Below are positions 1 through 9,653 of a stretch of DNA of 64,000 bases, piece after piece. The translations under genes and the position numbers were made by a program. This DNA is from an uncultured Candidatus Rokubacteria bacterium (GTDB lineage: Bacteria > Methylomirabilota > Methylomirabilia > Rokubacteriales > CSP1-6). Within the stretch, counting starts at the first letter, position 1, and each line of letters begins with the position of its first letter. Under the pieces are notes generated by a model. It had not been told where the DNA came from. It did no database searches and was given only the letters and a program-made list of their open reading frames with translations. Location of the stretch: NCBI GenBank assembly GCA_963758635.1, contig CAVWWD010000008.1, positions 960,001 to 1,024,000 of the forward strand. The letters are read 5' to 3'.

Positions 1-523
1 GGTACAGGGCGCTGCGCTGCCCGGCGTTGCCCTGCGGGCCGGACACGTCGGGCGCGCCGCCTCCGGGAGGCGGGCCGTTCACCTCGGTGTGCATGGTGCG
101 GAGCGCCGGGGTGCCCCACACGTCGCCGGAGTCCGGCTTGGAGAAGAGCTCCTCCCACATCGCGGTGTCGCGGATGAGCATGCCGTAGATGGCCATGGCG
201 CGCCGTCCGCTGAGCCGCTTGTTGAGGTCGTCGGAGCCGACGGGGTCGGCGTGGCCGAACACGGACAGCGGGGCTCCCGGGTGCTCCTTGATGAGCTGGG
301 CGAGGTGGCCCAGCTCGGCCTTCACCGCGGGCGTGACGAACGACGAGCCGAACGCGAAGCGGATGTCGTCCACGCGCCAGCACGCGACGGGGATGATGCC
401 GGCGACGATCGTGTTGAACTCGTCGGCGGTGGCCGGCCCCACGAGGGCGGGCGGCACGTCGATGACGACGTGGCGCCCGGCCACGCCGCCCGCCATGGGC
501 CGCGTCGCGGGAGGATCAGCCAT
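1..523 (-). CDS. OmpA-like peptidoglycan-binding domain protein (3' end runs off the window)
   Basis: Manual translation from ATG at 523: MADPPATRP...DDIRFAFGSSFV...SVFGHADPVGSDDLNKRLSGRRA, the OmpA C-terminal GHxD..G....N..LS..RA motif. Not in the ORF track because it has no stop inside the window. Confidence 0.8.
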   Translation of the reverse strand, partial: MADPPATRPMAGGVAGRHVVIDVPPALVGPATADEFNTIVAGIIPVACWRVDDIRFAFGSSFVTPAVKAELGHLAQLIKEHPGAPLSVFGHADPVGSDDLNKRLSGRRAMAIYGMLIRDTAMWEELFSKPDSGDVWGTPALRTMHTEVNGPPPGGGAPDVSGPQGNAGQRSALY

Positions 524-565
524 GGGTGGGCGCCGGGGCCGGCCCCGCCGCCGAGGCGCCGAGGA

Positions 566-1216
566 TCAGCACCCGTGCACGCTCTTGAGCTTCGCCTGGG
601 TGAGCGGGCCGCAGACCCGTCCACGCCGAGCGCGTGGTCGCACTGGAACTCCTCGACGGCGAGACGGAAGAGCGGGCTGTCCTTGCCGTCGGCGGGCGCG
701 GGGAAGTAGCCGAGGTTCGTCGAGCCGGGCCTGCTGGCCGGTGACCTCTTCCACCGGATCGAGATGGCCGATCCTGATCGCCACCACCAGCTTGTCGAGC
801 GCGGTCTCGGGCGTCGTGAGCACGAGGCGCCCCTGGCCGGCCGCGGCCGGGATGTCCTGCTCGATCTTCCCCTTGCCGTCGGTGGTGTGCTTGAAGATCT
901 GGCCGTCGATCGTGAGCTCGCACGGCGCGTTCCCGATGGGCCGCTCGTACTGGTCCTCGACGACGATCCGCAGCTTGAGGTTGGGCACCTTGACCTGGAA
1001 CCGGTGCCGCTGGTCGGTGGGCCGCGACTCCTCCTTCGGCTCGCGGTCGGGCACGAAGACGTCGTCGCCGGGGTGGAGGACGTTCGGGTTCTTCCGCTTC
1101 GCCTTCAGCGCGGCGTTCTGGCCGTGGTCCCAGATCGTGCGGTAGTCCTTGAAGCCGTACTTCTCGGCGATCTGGCTGAGGTGCTCGCCCTGGACGACGA
1201 TGTGGTGGCTCGCCAT
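566..1216 (-). CDS. LysM + C-terminal peptidoglycan-binding domain protein
   Basis: N-terminal HIVVQGEHLSQIAEKYG...NPNVLHPGD (LysM). Correcting two compensating indels near 720 and 615 gives ARL-NLGYF...AVEEFQCDHALGVDGVCGPLTQAKL (PG_binding_1). Confidence 0.8.
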   Translation of the reverse strand: MASHHIVVQGEHLSQIAEKYGFKDYRTIWDHGQNAALKAKRKNPNVLHPGDDVFVPDREPKEESRPTDQRHRFQVKVPNLKLRIVVEDQYERPIGNAPCELTIDGQIFKHTTDGKGKIEQDIPAAAGQGRLVLTTPETALDKLVVAIRIGHLDPVEEVTGQQARLDEPRLLPRARRRQGQPALPSRRRGVPVRPRARRGRVCGPLTQAKLKSVHGC

Positions 1217-1297
1217 GGTGGGTGTCCTCTCGCGGCTACCCGTCGACGGTCATGCTCAGCCCCGCGAGGACGGCGTCAAGCGGACGGGGCGGCGCGG

Positions 1298-2412
1298 CTA
1301 CCGCGCGGCGCTCGTGGCCGCGTGACGCGAGAACCGGGGCATCACCTGGGTGGCGAGCAGCTCCATGGATCGCCGCCAGAGCGCGGGCTGGTCCCAGTCG
1401 TGGCCCGCCCATGAGGAGCGTGCCGAAGTGGCCGACCTCGTCGCGCAGGGCCACGAGCTGGTCGAGCACGCGCCCGGGGCTGCCCGCGATCACGAGGCCG
1501 CGCTTGACGTCGTCCACCGTGACGTCCTCGTCGGGCACCTCGAGGTCCGGCTTGAGCATGAAGAGCGCCTTGCGGCCGCGCGAGAAGCTGTAGTGGAAGA
1601 ACGTGTAGTAGAACGACAGCCCGTTGCCGGGATCGGCCAGGTAGTCCTCGGCCTCGGCGTCGGTCGGGGTCACGAGGATGCTGCGCGAGACGCGCCACAC
1701 CGAAGGATCGGGCCGCCGGCCCACCGCCTCGCACCCCTCGACGTAGCGCTCCCAGTGCCCGCGCAGGTACCGCCGGTGGAAGAACTGCCCGGAGATGGGG
1801 ATCCATCCGCGCTCGCCCGCGGTGCGCGCGCTCCCGGAGTTCGGGGTCAGGATCGAGAGCGCGATGGGCGGGTGCGGCCGCTGGTACGGCCGCGGCACGT
1901 ACCCCACCTTGAACTCCGGCCAGATGTTGTTCTCGAGCGAGATCTTCCAGAAGCGGCCGTCGATCTTGTACGGCGGGTCCTGGCTCCAGAGCTGGAGGAT
2001 CGCGTCGATCGACTCGACCACCATCTGGGGCCGCAGCTCGGCCTGCCCCACGTCGAACATCTCGAGGTCGGAGACCAGCCCGCCCGGCCCGATGCCCATG
2101 ATGAAGCGGCCGCGGCACAGGTGGTCGAACATGGCGGCGTGCGCGGCCACGGTGGCCGGATGCATCTGGGGCAGGTTGATGACGCCGCGAGCCGAAGCGG
2201 ATCCGCTGCGTGCGCGGCACCAGCGTGGCGAGGAAGATGAGGGGCGACGTGATGCGCTCGCTCCACGAGCTGAAGTGCTCGCCCACGAAGGCCTCGGTGA
2301 AGCCCAGGCGGTCGGCGAGCACGATCGCCTCCTGGTCCTCCTCGAGAATCGTGGCGTAGTCGCGGTCGGGGTGGTGGAACGGCATCGTGAACAGACCGAG
2401 GTCGACGCTCAT
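1298..2412 (-). CDS. LLM-class flavin-dependent oxidoreductase (frameshifted)
   Basis: MSVDLGLFTMPFHHPDR...EAFVGEHFS...HPATVAAHAAMFDHLCRGRFIMGIGPG. Indels near 2190 and 1410. Confidence 0.85.
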
Positions 2413-3635
2413 CAGCTCTTGACGGGCTCGATGACGCCGGAGGCGTGGAGCGCGGCCAGCTCGTCGGCGGAGAGGCCGAGGAGCTCGCCGAGGACCCGGT
2501 CCGTGTCCTGGCCCAGGAGCGGCGCGGGCCGGTCCACGGTGGCCGGCGCGCTGCCGCCGAGCCGGATGGGCGAGATCGGCACGCGCGTCTTCCCGCGGCG
2601 CGGGTGGTCCACGTCCACCCACACGCCTCGCTCCATCAGGTGCGGGTCGTTCACGACCTCGCGCGTGGTCCGGACCGGCGCGCACGGCACGTGCGCGCGG
2701 GTCAGCTCCGCCAGCACCTCGTCCTTGGTCCGCGTCTCCGTCCACGCCGAGACGAGCGCGTCGATCTCCTCCATGCGGGCGGCCCGCGACGGCGTGCTCT
2801 GGAAGCCGGGGTCGTCCAGGAGGTCCTCGCGGCGGAGGACCCGCGCCACGCTGTGCCAGTGTCGCTCGGAGGCGGTGAAGATGGCCACGTGCCCGTCGCG
2901 GGTCGGATACACGTTGTAGGGCGCGATGGCGAGCGCGGGGTGCCGGTTGGCCGTGCGCTCGGGGATGCTCGGGTCGCCGTCCATGAACACGCCGAGCGCG
3001 CTGGCGAGGGCCACCACCGCGGCGTCGAGCATGGCCACCTCGACGAGCTGCCCCTGGCCCGTGCGCTCCCGATGGAGCAGCGCGCCCAGCACGCCGGCGA
3101 ACAGATGGACGCCGGCGAGGAAGTCGCACACGGCGGGACCAGCCTTGACGGGCGGCCGGTCGGGGTAGCCGGTGGCGTTCATGATGCCGCTCATCGCCTG
3201 GATGGTCAGGTCCATCGCGGGCAAGTCGCGATAGGGGCCGGTGGAGCCGAAGCCGTTGCCCGAGGCGAAGACCAGCCGCGGGTTCTCCTTGCGCAGCGTC
3301 TCCCAGCCGAGACCGAGCCGGTCCATCACCCCGGCCGCGAAATTCTCGACCACGGCGTCGGCCTGGCGGGCGAGGCGCAGGAACAGGTCCTTGCCGTCGG
3401 GGTGCTTGAGGTCCAGGACGACCGATTCCTTGTTCGAGTTGAGCATGACCAGGGGGTACGGCTCGACGTTCCGCTTGCGGCGCCGCACCACGTCGCCCTC
3501 GGGCGCCTCGATCTTGAGGACCCGCGCCCCCATGAAGCTCAGGAGCAGTCCGCAGTAGGGGCCGTTGTAGATCTGACCGAGATCCAGCACGAGCATGCCT
3601 TCGAGAGGCCGGCGGGGAGCGCTTGTGGTTGTCAT
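2412..3635 (-). CDS. Family III CoA-transferase (CaiB/BaiF)
   Basis: PLEGMLVLDLGQIYNGPYC...NSNKESVVLDLK...DAVVENF...PAMDLTIQAMSG. Confidence 0.92.
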   Translation of the reverse strand: MTTTSAPRRPLEGMLVLDLGQIYNGPYCGLLLSFMGARVLKIEAPEGDVVRRRKRNVEPYPLVMLNSNKESVVLDLKHPDGKDLFLRLARQADAVVENFAAGVMDRLGLGWETLRKENPRLVFASGNGFGSTGPYRDLPAMDLTIQAMSGIMNATGYPDRPPVKAGPAVCDFLAGVHLFAGVLGALLHRERTGQGQLVEVAMLDAAVVALASALGVFMDGDPSIPERTANRHPALAIAPYNVYPTRDGHVAIFTASERHWHSVARVLRREDLLDDPGFQSTPSRAARMEEIDALVSAWTETRTKDEVLAELTRAHVPCAPVRTTREVVNDPHLMERGVWVDVDHPRRGKTRVPISPIRLGGSAPATVDRPAPLLGQDTDRVLGELLGLSADELAALHASGVIEPVKS

Positions 3636-3791
3636 CGCGCTCACAGGGTAGCCGGGGCAGTGGCCCCCGCACAAGCCGCCGATCGCCGCTGACACGGCTC
3701 AGGGCAGGGCGAAGGACGGAACCGAACGCCCGGTGGCGCGTCGAAAAGCCGGTCGCCGGCCTGTGATAGCCTAGCCGCCGCGGAGGTCATC

Positions 3792-5040
3792 ATGGGCACA
3801 TATCTGATCGACAACGTTCGCGTCCTCGACGGCACCGGCCGCTCGCCGTTCGCCGGCGCGGCGCTCGTGGAAGGCAACCGCATCACCAGGGTGACCGCGG
3901 GCGGGCCGGGACCGCGTCCCGAGGGCGCGACGCGCATCGACGGCCGGGGCGCGACGCTCATGCCCGGCCTGATCGAGCCGCACGCGCACCTGAGCTTCCC
4001 GGAGCTCCTCACGCCGCAGCTCACGACGCTGCCGCCGGAGGAGCACATGCTGATCACCGTGCGCAACGCGCGCACGATGCTCGACTCGGGGTACACGAGC
4101 GCGTTCTCCGCCGCGGCGGCCAAGCCGCGGCTCGACGTGGTGCTGCGCCGGGAGATCGACGCCGGACGCGTGCCCGGGCCGCGGCTCCTCGCCAACGGCC
4201 CCGAGCTGACCGTGACGGGCGGGCTGGGCGACACGAACGTGATGCACCTCGCGCCATCACGAGACGCCCACGTTCTGCTGGATCGTCGACGGTCCGGACG
4301 AGATGCGGCGCGCCTGTCGGACCCTCGCGCGGGAAGGGGTCGACCTGCTGAAGCTGAACATCTCCGGCGACCAGGGCACGTCGCGCGCGGGCTCGGAGCG
4401 CACGGTGATGAGCGACGCGGAGGTGGCGGCGGCCATGGAGATCGCCCGCACGAGCGACCTCCGGGTCGCCGGGCACTGCCGCAGCGCGGACTCCGTGCTC
4501 GCGGCGCTCCGCCACGGCGTCGAGGTCATCTATCACGCCAACTACGCCGACGAGCGGGCCCTCGACGCGCTGGAGGCGGCGCGCGACCGCGTGTTCGTGG
4601 CGCCCGCGCTGGGCATCACGTGGGCGCTCTGCCACACCGCGAGCCCGTGGGGCATCACGCCGGAGGTGGCGCGGGCGCGCGGCCTCGAGCGCGAGCTCGA
4701 GATCTCGGTGGAGACGATGGCGCGCATGCGCAAGCGCGGCATCCGCGTCCTGCCCGGCGGCGACTACGGCTTCCCGTACACGCCGCACGGCGCCTACGCG
4801 CGGGACCTGTGGCTCTTCGTGAAGGTGCTCGGGTTCTCGCCGATGGAGACGCTGGTCGCGGCCACGCGCATGGGCGGCGAGATCATGGGCCGTCCCGGCG
4901 AGCTCGGCGTGGTCGCCGAGGGCGCGCTCGCCGACCTCCTGCTGGTGGACGGCGACCCGCTCGCCGACATCGAGGTGCTGCAGGACCACGACGCCATCCG
5001 GATGATCATGAAGGACGGCGTGCTCCACAAGTCGCCGTAG
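3792..5040 (+). CDS. Amidohydrolase family protein (frameshift ~4255)
   Basis: GATLMPGLIEPHAHL metal motif; C-terminal ADLLLVDGDPL. Split over ORFs 3792 and 4303. Confidence 0.88.
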
Positions 5041-5102
5041 CCGGCGCCTCCCCCTCTCCCCGGGGAGAGCGGCAGGGCGAGGCGGCGGTCGGCGACGGGC
5101 CG

Positions 5103-5897
5103 TCAGCTCCGCGTGATGCGGCCGATGCCCGGGAGCCGGCCCAGGAAGTTGCCGGTGATGCCGCCGTCCACGACGAGGTCGTGCCCGTTGACGTAGCGCG
5201 CGTCCGGTCCGAGCAGGAACGCGATCACGTCGGCCATGTCCTCGGGCGTGGCGACCCGGCCCAGCGGTACCAGGGCGTCCCGCTCGGCGGCGACGGCCGC
5301 GTCGGCATAGACCCGCTCCGTCATGCCGGTCCGCACCATTCCCGGCGAGACCGCGTTCACGCGGATCCCGTCGCGGCCGAACTCCTGCGCCAGCACCTGC
5401 ACGAGCATGATCACCGCCGCCTTGCTGGGCCCGTAGGCGCCCAGGTTCGCGTGGGCGTTGCTCCCGGACATCGACCCCACCGCCACGATGGCGCCTCCCG
5501 CGGCCTTCAGCGCGGGGTGCGCGGCGCGGGCGAGGAGCCACGTCGCGCGGGTGTTGACGGCGAACATGCGGTCCCAGTCCTCCACAGGGTAGCTCACGAG
5601 CGGGCCCGGGCGGTTGACGCCGGCGTTGCTGACGAGCCCGTCGAGCCCGCCGAACGCCGCCACCGCCTGCTCCACGGCGCGGGCGGGGCCGTCCACCGTG
5701 GCCATGTCGGCGCGGATCGGCAGCGCCTTCCCTCCGAAGCCGGCCAGGTCGGTCACCAGGCCGTCGAGGCCGGCGGCGCCTTCCAGGTCCACCGCCGCCA
5801 CGCTGGCCGCCCGGCCGGCGGCGCGCGCGTCGCGCGCCAGCCTGAAACACGTCGCCCGTCCGATGCCGCTTGCCGCTCCTGTGACGAGTACGCGCAC
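5103..5897 (-). CDS. SDR family oxidoreductase
   Basis: TGAASGIG, SNAG and YGPSK motifs. Confidence 0.92.
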   Translation of the reverse strand: MRVLVTGAASGIGRATCFRLARDARAAGRAASVAAVDLEGAAGLDGLVTDLAGFGGKALPIRADMATVDGPARAVEQAVAAFGGLDGLVSNAGVNRPGPLVSYPVEDWDRMFAVNTRATWLLARAAHPALKAAGGAIVAVGSMSGSNAHANLGAYGPSKAAVIMLVQVLAQEFGRDGIRVNAVSPGMVRTGMTERVYADAAVAAERDALVPLGRVATPEDMADVIAFLLGPDARYVNGHDLVVDGGITGNFLGRLPGIGRITRS

Positions 5898-5968
5898 GTC
5901 GTGATCCTCCCGGTCTCGATGATGAGCCGCCGCCCGGTATTCTAGCGTGCCCGCACGACAAGGCCCCG

Positions 5969-6148
5969 TCAGGCCTCGTACTCCTGGCTCACCTCCAGCG
6001 TGGCCTCGCCGTCCTCGTCGATCGTGATGCTGATGAGATTGGGCCGGCAGCAGACCCGGCAGTCCTCGGTGTACGTCTGCCTCGCGCCGCCACTCGCGTC
6101 CACGAACGTCTCGTTGCGTTTCCCGCAGAAGGCGCAGCGGTAGCGCAC
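5969..6148 (-). CDS. CPXCG-type cysteine-rich small protein (59 aa)
   Basis: Manual translation MRYRCAFCGKRNETFVDASGGARQTYTEDCRVCCRPNLISITIDEDGEATLEVSQEYEA; CxxCG and EDCxVCCRP signatures. Confidence 0.85.
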   Translation of the reverse strand: MRYRCAFCGKRNETFVDASGGARQTYTEDCRVCCRPNLISITIDEDGEATLEVSQEYEA

Positions 6149-6151
6149 GGG

Positions 6152-6439
6152 TCAGTAGTCGAGGCCGTACGTCCGTCGGAGGAGGGCCTGGACGGGCTCG
6201 AGGTAGCTCGCGCGGGTGATCGCCCCGCCCGTCTCGCGCTCGACCGACGCGTCGTCGGTGGAGAGGCGCGTGACGTACCAGGCGTGGAAGACGCCCGCGG
6301 TCACGGTGGGGATGTCCGGGCGGCCGACGGAGAAGCTGGGCCAGAACTCCATCGGCTGCCAGAGGATCCGGTGCCCGGCGCCGAGGACGTGCGTCGTCGC
6401 CCTGTCGGTCTCGTACCCGCGCGTCGTGGGCAAAGTCAC
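6152..6439 (-). CDS. Hypothetical protein, possibly a 5'-truncated gene remnant
   Basis: Protein-like composition in the same frame as, and directly after the stop of, the upstream hydrolase; no convincing RBS/ATG. Confidence 0.4.
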   Translation of the reverse strand: MTLPTTRGYETDRATTHVLGAGHRILWQPMEFWPSFSVGRPDIPTVTAGVFHAWYVTRLSTDDASVERETGGAITRASYLEPVQALLRRTYGLDY

Positions 6440-6475
6440 GAGGGTGCCCAGGTCCTCTTTCAGGAACGCCTCAGG

Positions 6476-7307
6476 TCACGGATGGATCACGGTCTCCGTG
6501 CGGCGGATGATGAACGCCTCGTGGCGCTCGAGGAAGTCCGTGGTGACCTCGGCGAAGGCCTCGGGGCGCTCGGTGGAGATGGCGTGGCCGGCGTCGTACA
6601 CGAAGACGAGGTGCGCGTTCGGCAGGAGCGCCTTGTAGTGGCGTCCCATCGCCGGCGGGATGACGGCATCGAGCGTGCCGAACAGCACCAGCGTCGGTGT
6701 GGGCAGCGCGGAGAGGCGCCCCTCGAGCTCGGAGTCGCGGTCCGGGCCGCGCAGCCGCGCCACGAGGGCGCGCTGGCGCGCCTGCACCTCCGGAGGTGGC
6801 AGGACGAGCGGCCCGAGGCGCTCCGGGTGCGCGTAGAGGCGGCGCGCCATCTCCTCCGGCGTGCCGGCCGGGGGCTGAGCGCCTTCCGGACGGATGGCCG
6901 CCGGCGCCTCCAGGATCAGGGCGCGCACGCGCTCGGGCTCGTGGACCGCCATCCAGAGGGCGGGCCTGGCGCCGAACGAGGTGCCCATCAGGTCGAAGGC
7001 GTCCAGGCCCAGCGCGCGCGTGGCCTGCGCCATGGTCGTGGCCAGCGCCGGGATGCTCGCGCGTGCGCGTGTTCTCCGGGGAGTGCCCGAAGCCCGGCAT
7101 CTCGAGCACGAGCACGCGGAAGCGGCGGGCCAGGAGGTCGTGGCCCGGGGTGATCCGGAGCCCACCGGCCCCGTGGAGGTGGACCACGGCGGGCCCGTCG
7201 CCCGCCTCCATGTAACGGATCCGGAACCCGTCCGCCTCGACGTGGCCCTCGCGGAACTCCGCGCCGACCGTCGTGGTGCCCTGGCCGTCCCCGTGCGTCA
7301 CGGTCAT
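6476..7307 (-). CDS. Alpha/beta fold hydrolase (frameshift ~7060)
   Basis: VHLHGAGG, EMPGFG, GTSFGA nucleophile elbow, DAGH. Confidence 0.85.
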
Positions 7308-7312
7308 CTCGC

Positions 7313-8390
7313 TCAGATGTCCCGGATGCGCGGCAGGACCTTCTTGCCGAAGAGGTCCAGCGAGCGCATGAGGAGGTCCGCGTTGCCGAAGCCGGGCGGC
7401 GCCAGGGAGAGATCGAGCACGCCCGCGCCCACCTCGTCGCGGCAGCGGCGCACCTGCTCCACCAGGGTGTCCGGCGAGCCGATGAACGTCGTCGGCAGCG
7501 CGCCGGTCGTGACGGGCGGCCGCGGCACCCCGGCGATGTTCCGGGCGTCCACCTTGGCGAGGGCATCGCGCACGCCCTCGCGCATCGCGAACGGGGCGCC
7601 CTTCGGCTGCTTGTCGAGCAGCGTCGTGCGCCTCCTGGTCGGTGTCGGCCACGAGCATGTTCGCCCGGTAGATGATCTGCTCGGGCGTGGGCTCCCAGCC
7701 ATGGCGCGCGCACTCCTCGCGGTAGTACCGGGTGGCCCTCGCCACCGACTCGATCGAGCCGTAGGACACGCCGCAGCCGAGCCGGTGCCGCGCCGCGAAC
7801 TCGCAGGACTCGCGGCTGGTCCCGAGCGCGTAGGTGGGCGGATGCGGGCGCTGGAGCGGGCGCGGCCAGATCGACACCGTACGGTACTGGTAGTGCCGGC
7901 CCTGCCAGCCGAACGGCTGCGGCTCGGTCCACGCCTTGAGCACCAGCTCCATGCCCTCGTCGGTGCGCTCGCGGGCCTCCGCGGGGTTCAGGTCGTAGGT
8001 CAGGGACTCGTTCGACGTCCCGCGCAGAAGGCCCACGACCAGGCGGCCGCCCGCCATGGTGTCGACCATCGCCACCTCCTCGGCCACCCGCACCGGGTTC
8101 GACTGCGGGACGATGGGGCCGAGGAGCGCGATCGTGATCTTGTGGACGCGCGCCGCGATGTACGCGGCCGACACGATGGGCGCCGGCGTCAGGATGCGGG
8201 GCGAGTAGTGGTGCTCCGACACGCTCACCCAGTCGAAGCCGAGCGCCTCCACGTACTCGATGCGCTCGATCATCGAGCGGTACGCCTCGGCGCCGGCGTC
8301 CTGGTCGTACTCGCCCGAGGCCATCGGCCACTCGGGCGGCAGGGGACGCGGCGAGGCGTAGCGGCCCGTCTCGAAGTAGGAGACCTTCAT
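7313..8390 (-). CDS. LLM-class flavin-dependent oxidoreductase (frameshift ~7625)
   Basis: EALGFDWVSVSEHHY...PVRVAEEVAMVDTMAGGRL...PRPLQRPHPP. Confidence 0.88.
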
Positions 8391-9547
8391 GAGTTCCTCC
8401 CGGGCGTCGCGACCTTCACGGGGACGCCTCCGGACAGGTACACGCGCGCCACACGCGGGCCGACGGTGGTGGCCACGTGGTGGAGCCCGAGGCCGTGCCT
8501 CTGCGCCACCTCGGCGACCGTGATCTCCGACTCGCCCTGGCGGCCGATGATCACGACCTCGTCGCCCACGCGGGCGTCCGGCACGGCGGTGAGGTCGATG
8601 CGCATGTGCTCGAGGTTCGGGCCCTGCACCACGGGAACGGCGTGGCCGCGGACGAGCACGCGCCCGGCGTGGAGCCAGGCCAGACCATCAGCCAGGCCCA
8701 TGGGGATGACGCCGAGGCGCATCGGTCCGGTCACCGGGAACGGGGCGCGCTCGGCGAAGCGTTCGCGCGGCGTCAGCTCCTTGAGCGCGATGACCCGGCT
8801 GGTGAGCGCGCGGAAGGCGGGTCGCAGGGGGACCGGCGTGCTCTCGCCCGGAAACGTGATGCCGTACAGCATCCGCCCGGGATCGACGGCGTTCAGGTAG
8901 GTCTGCGGGTAGCGCAGGAGGAACGGGGACGCGGCGAGCAGACGGACGGGCACTCGCACCCCACGGGCCTCCAGCTCGTCCACCACCGCGGTGAACCGGC
9001 CGAGCTGCCACTCCGCATAGGCGTCGTCGCCCACCGAGTGCGGGTGGGCGCAGATGCCGGCCAGTCGCAGGTGGGGGAGCTCGAGCATCGCGGCGATCGT
9101 CTTCACCGCCTGGTCCGCGGGGACGCCCAGCCGCTCGAGGCCGACGTCGACCTTCACGAACACGTCGAAGGGCCCCGTCGCGGCCTCGGAGTGGGCGCGC
9201 GCGCCGTCCAGGTCCACCAGGGTCGGGGTGAGGCCGTGCGCCACGACCTCGCCCGCCGACTCGGGCAGGAAGTTCGGGTACACCAGGATCGGGACGCGGA
9301 TCCCGTGCCGGCGGAGCCGGATGCCCTCGCCGAGGTCGGCCACGCCGAGCGCATCGGCCCCGTGAGCCGCGAACACCGTGCCCATCTCTACCGCGCCGAA
9401 GCCGTAGGCATCGGCCTTGATCACCGCGAAGATCTTCCGCATCGGGCCGACGAGCTGGCGCACGGCGCGGATGTTCGCAGCGGCGGCATCCAGGTCGACC
9501 TCGAGGGTGCTCGGTCGCGGCGGGCGGGCCACGGGTGCGCTGGTCAT
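8387..9547 (-). CDS. Alanine racemase-family (fold type III) PLP enzyme, atypical active site
   Basis: AVIKADAYGFG (PLP lysine), VKVDVGLERLG, GDEVVIIG; the usual second catalytic Tyr motif is not recognisable. Confidence 0.85.
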   Translation of the reverse strand: MTSAPVARPPRPSTLEVDLDAAAANIRAVRQLVGPMRKIFAVIKADAYGFGAVEMGTVFAAHGADALGVADLGEGIRLRRHGIRVPILVYPNFLPESAGEVVAHGLTPTLVDLDGARAHSEAATGPFDVFVKVDVGLERLGVPADQAVKTIAAMLELPHLRLAGICAHPHSVGDDAYAEWQLGRFTAVVDELEARGVRVPVRLLAASPFLLRYPQTYLNAVDPGRMLYGITFPGESTPVPLRPAFRALTSRVIALKELTPRERFAERAPFPVTGPMRLGVIPMGLADGLAWLHAGRVLVRGHAVPVVQGPNLEHMRIDLTAVPDARVGDEVVIIGRQGESEITVAEVAQRHGLGLHHVATTVGPRVARVYLSGGVPVKVATPGRNS

Positions 9548-9653
9548 CGGCGACTCCTCGCCGCGAGGATACCCGAAGTGCAGAACTCTGGGCTAGCGGG
9601 CCCGTGGCCGGAGGCAGGACCGCGGCGAACGATCATTCCGCCGCGCCGCCGAT

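Noticed and set aside
6471..8390. LLM-hydrolase fusion ORF
   Set aside because: The middle of the ORF is out-of-frame sequence; separate stop (7313) and start (7307) exist.
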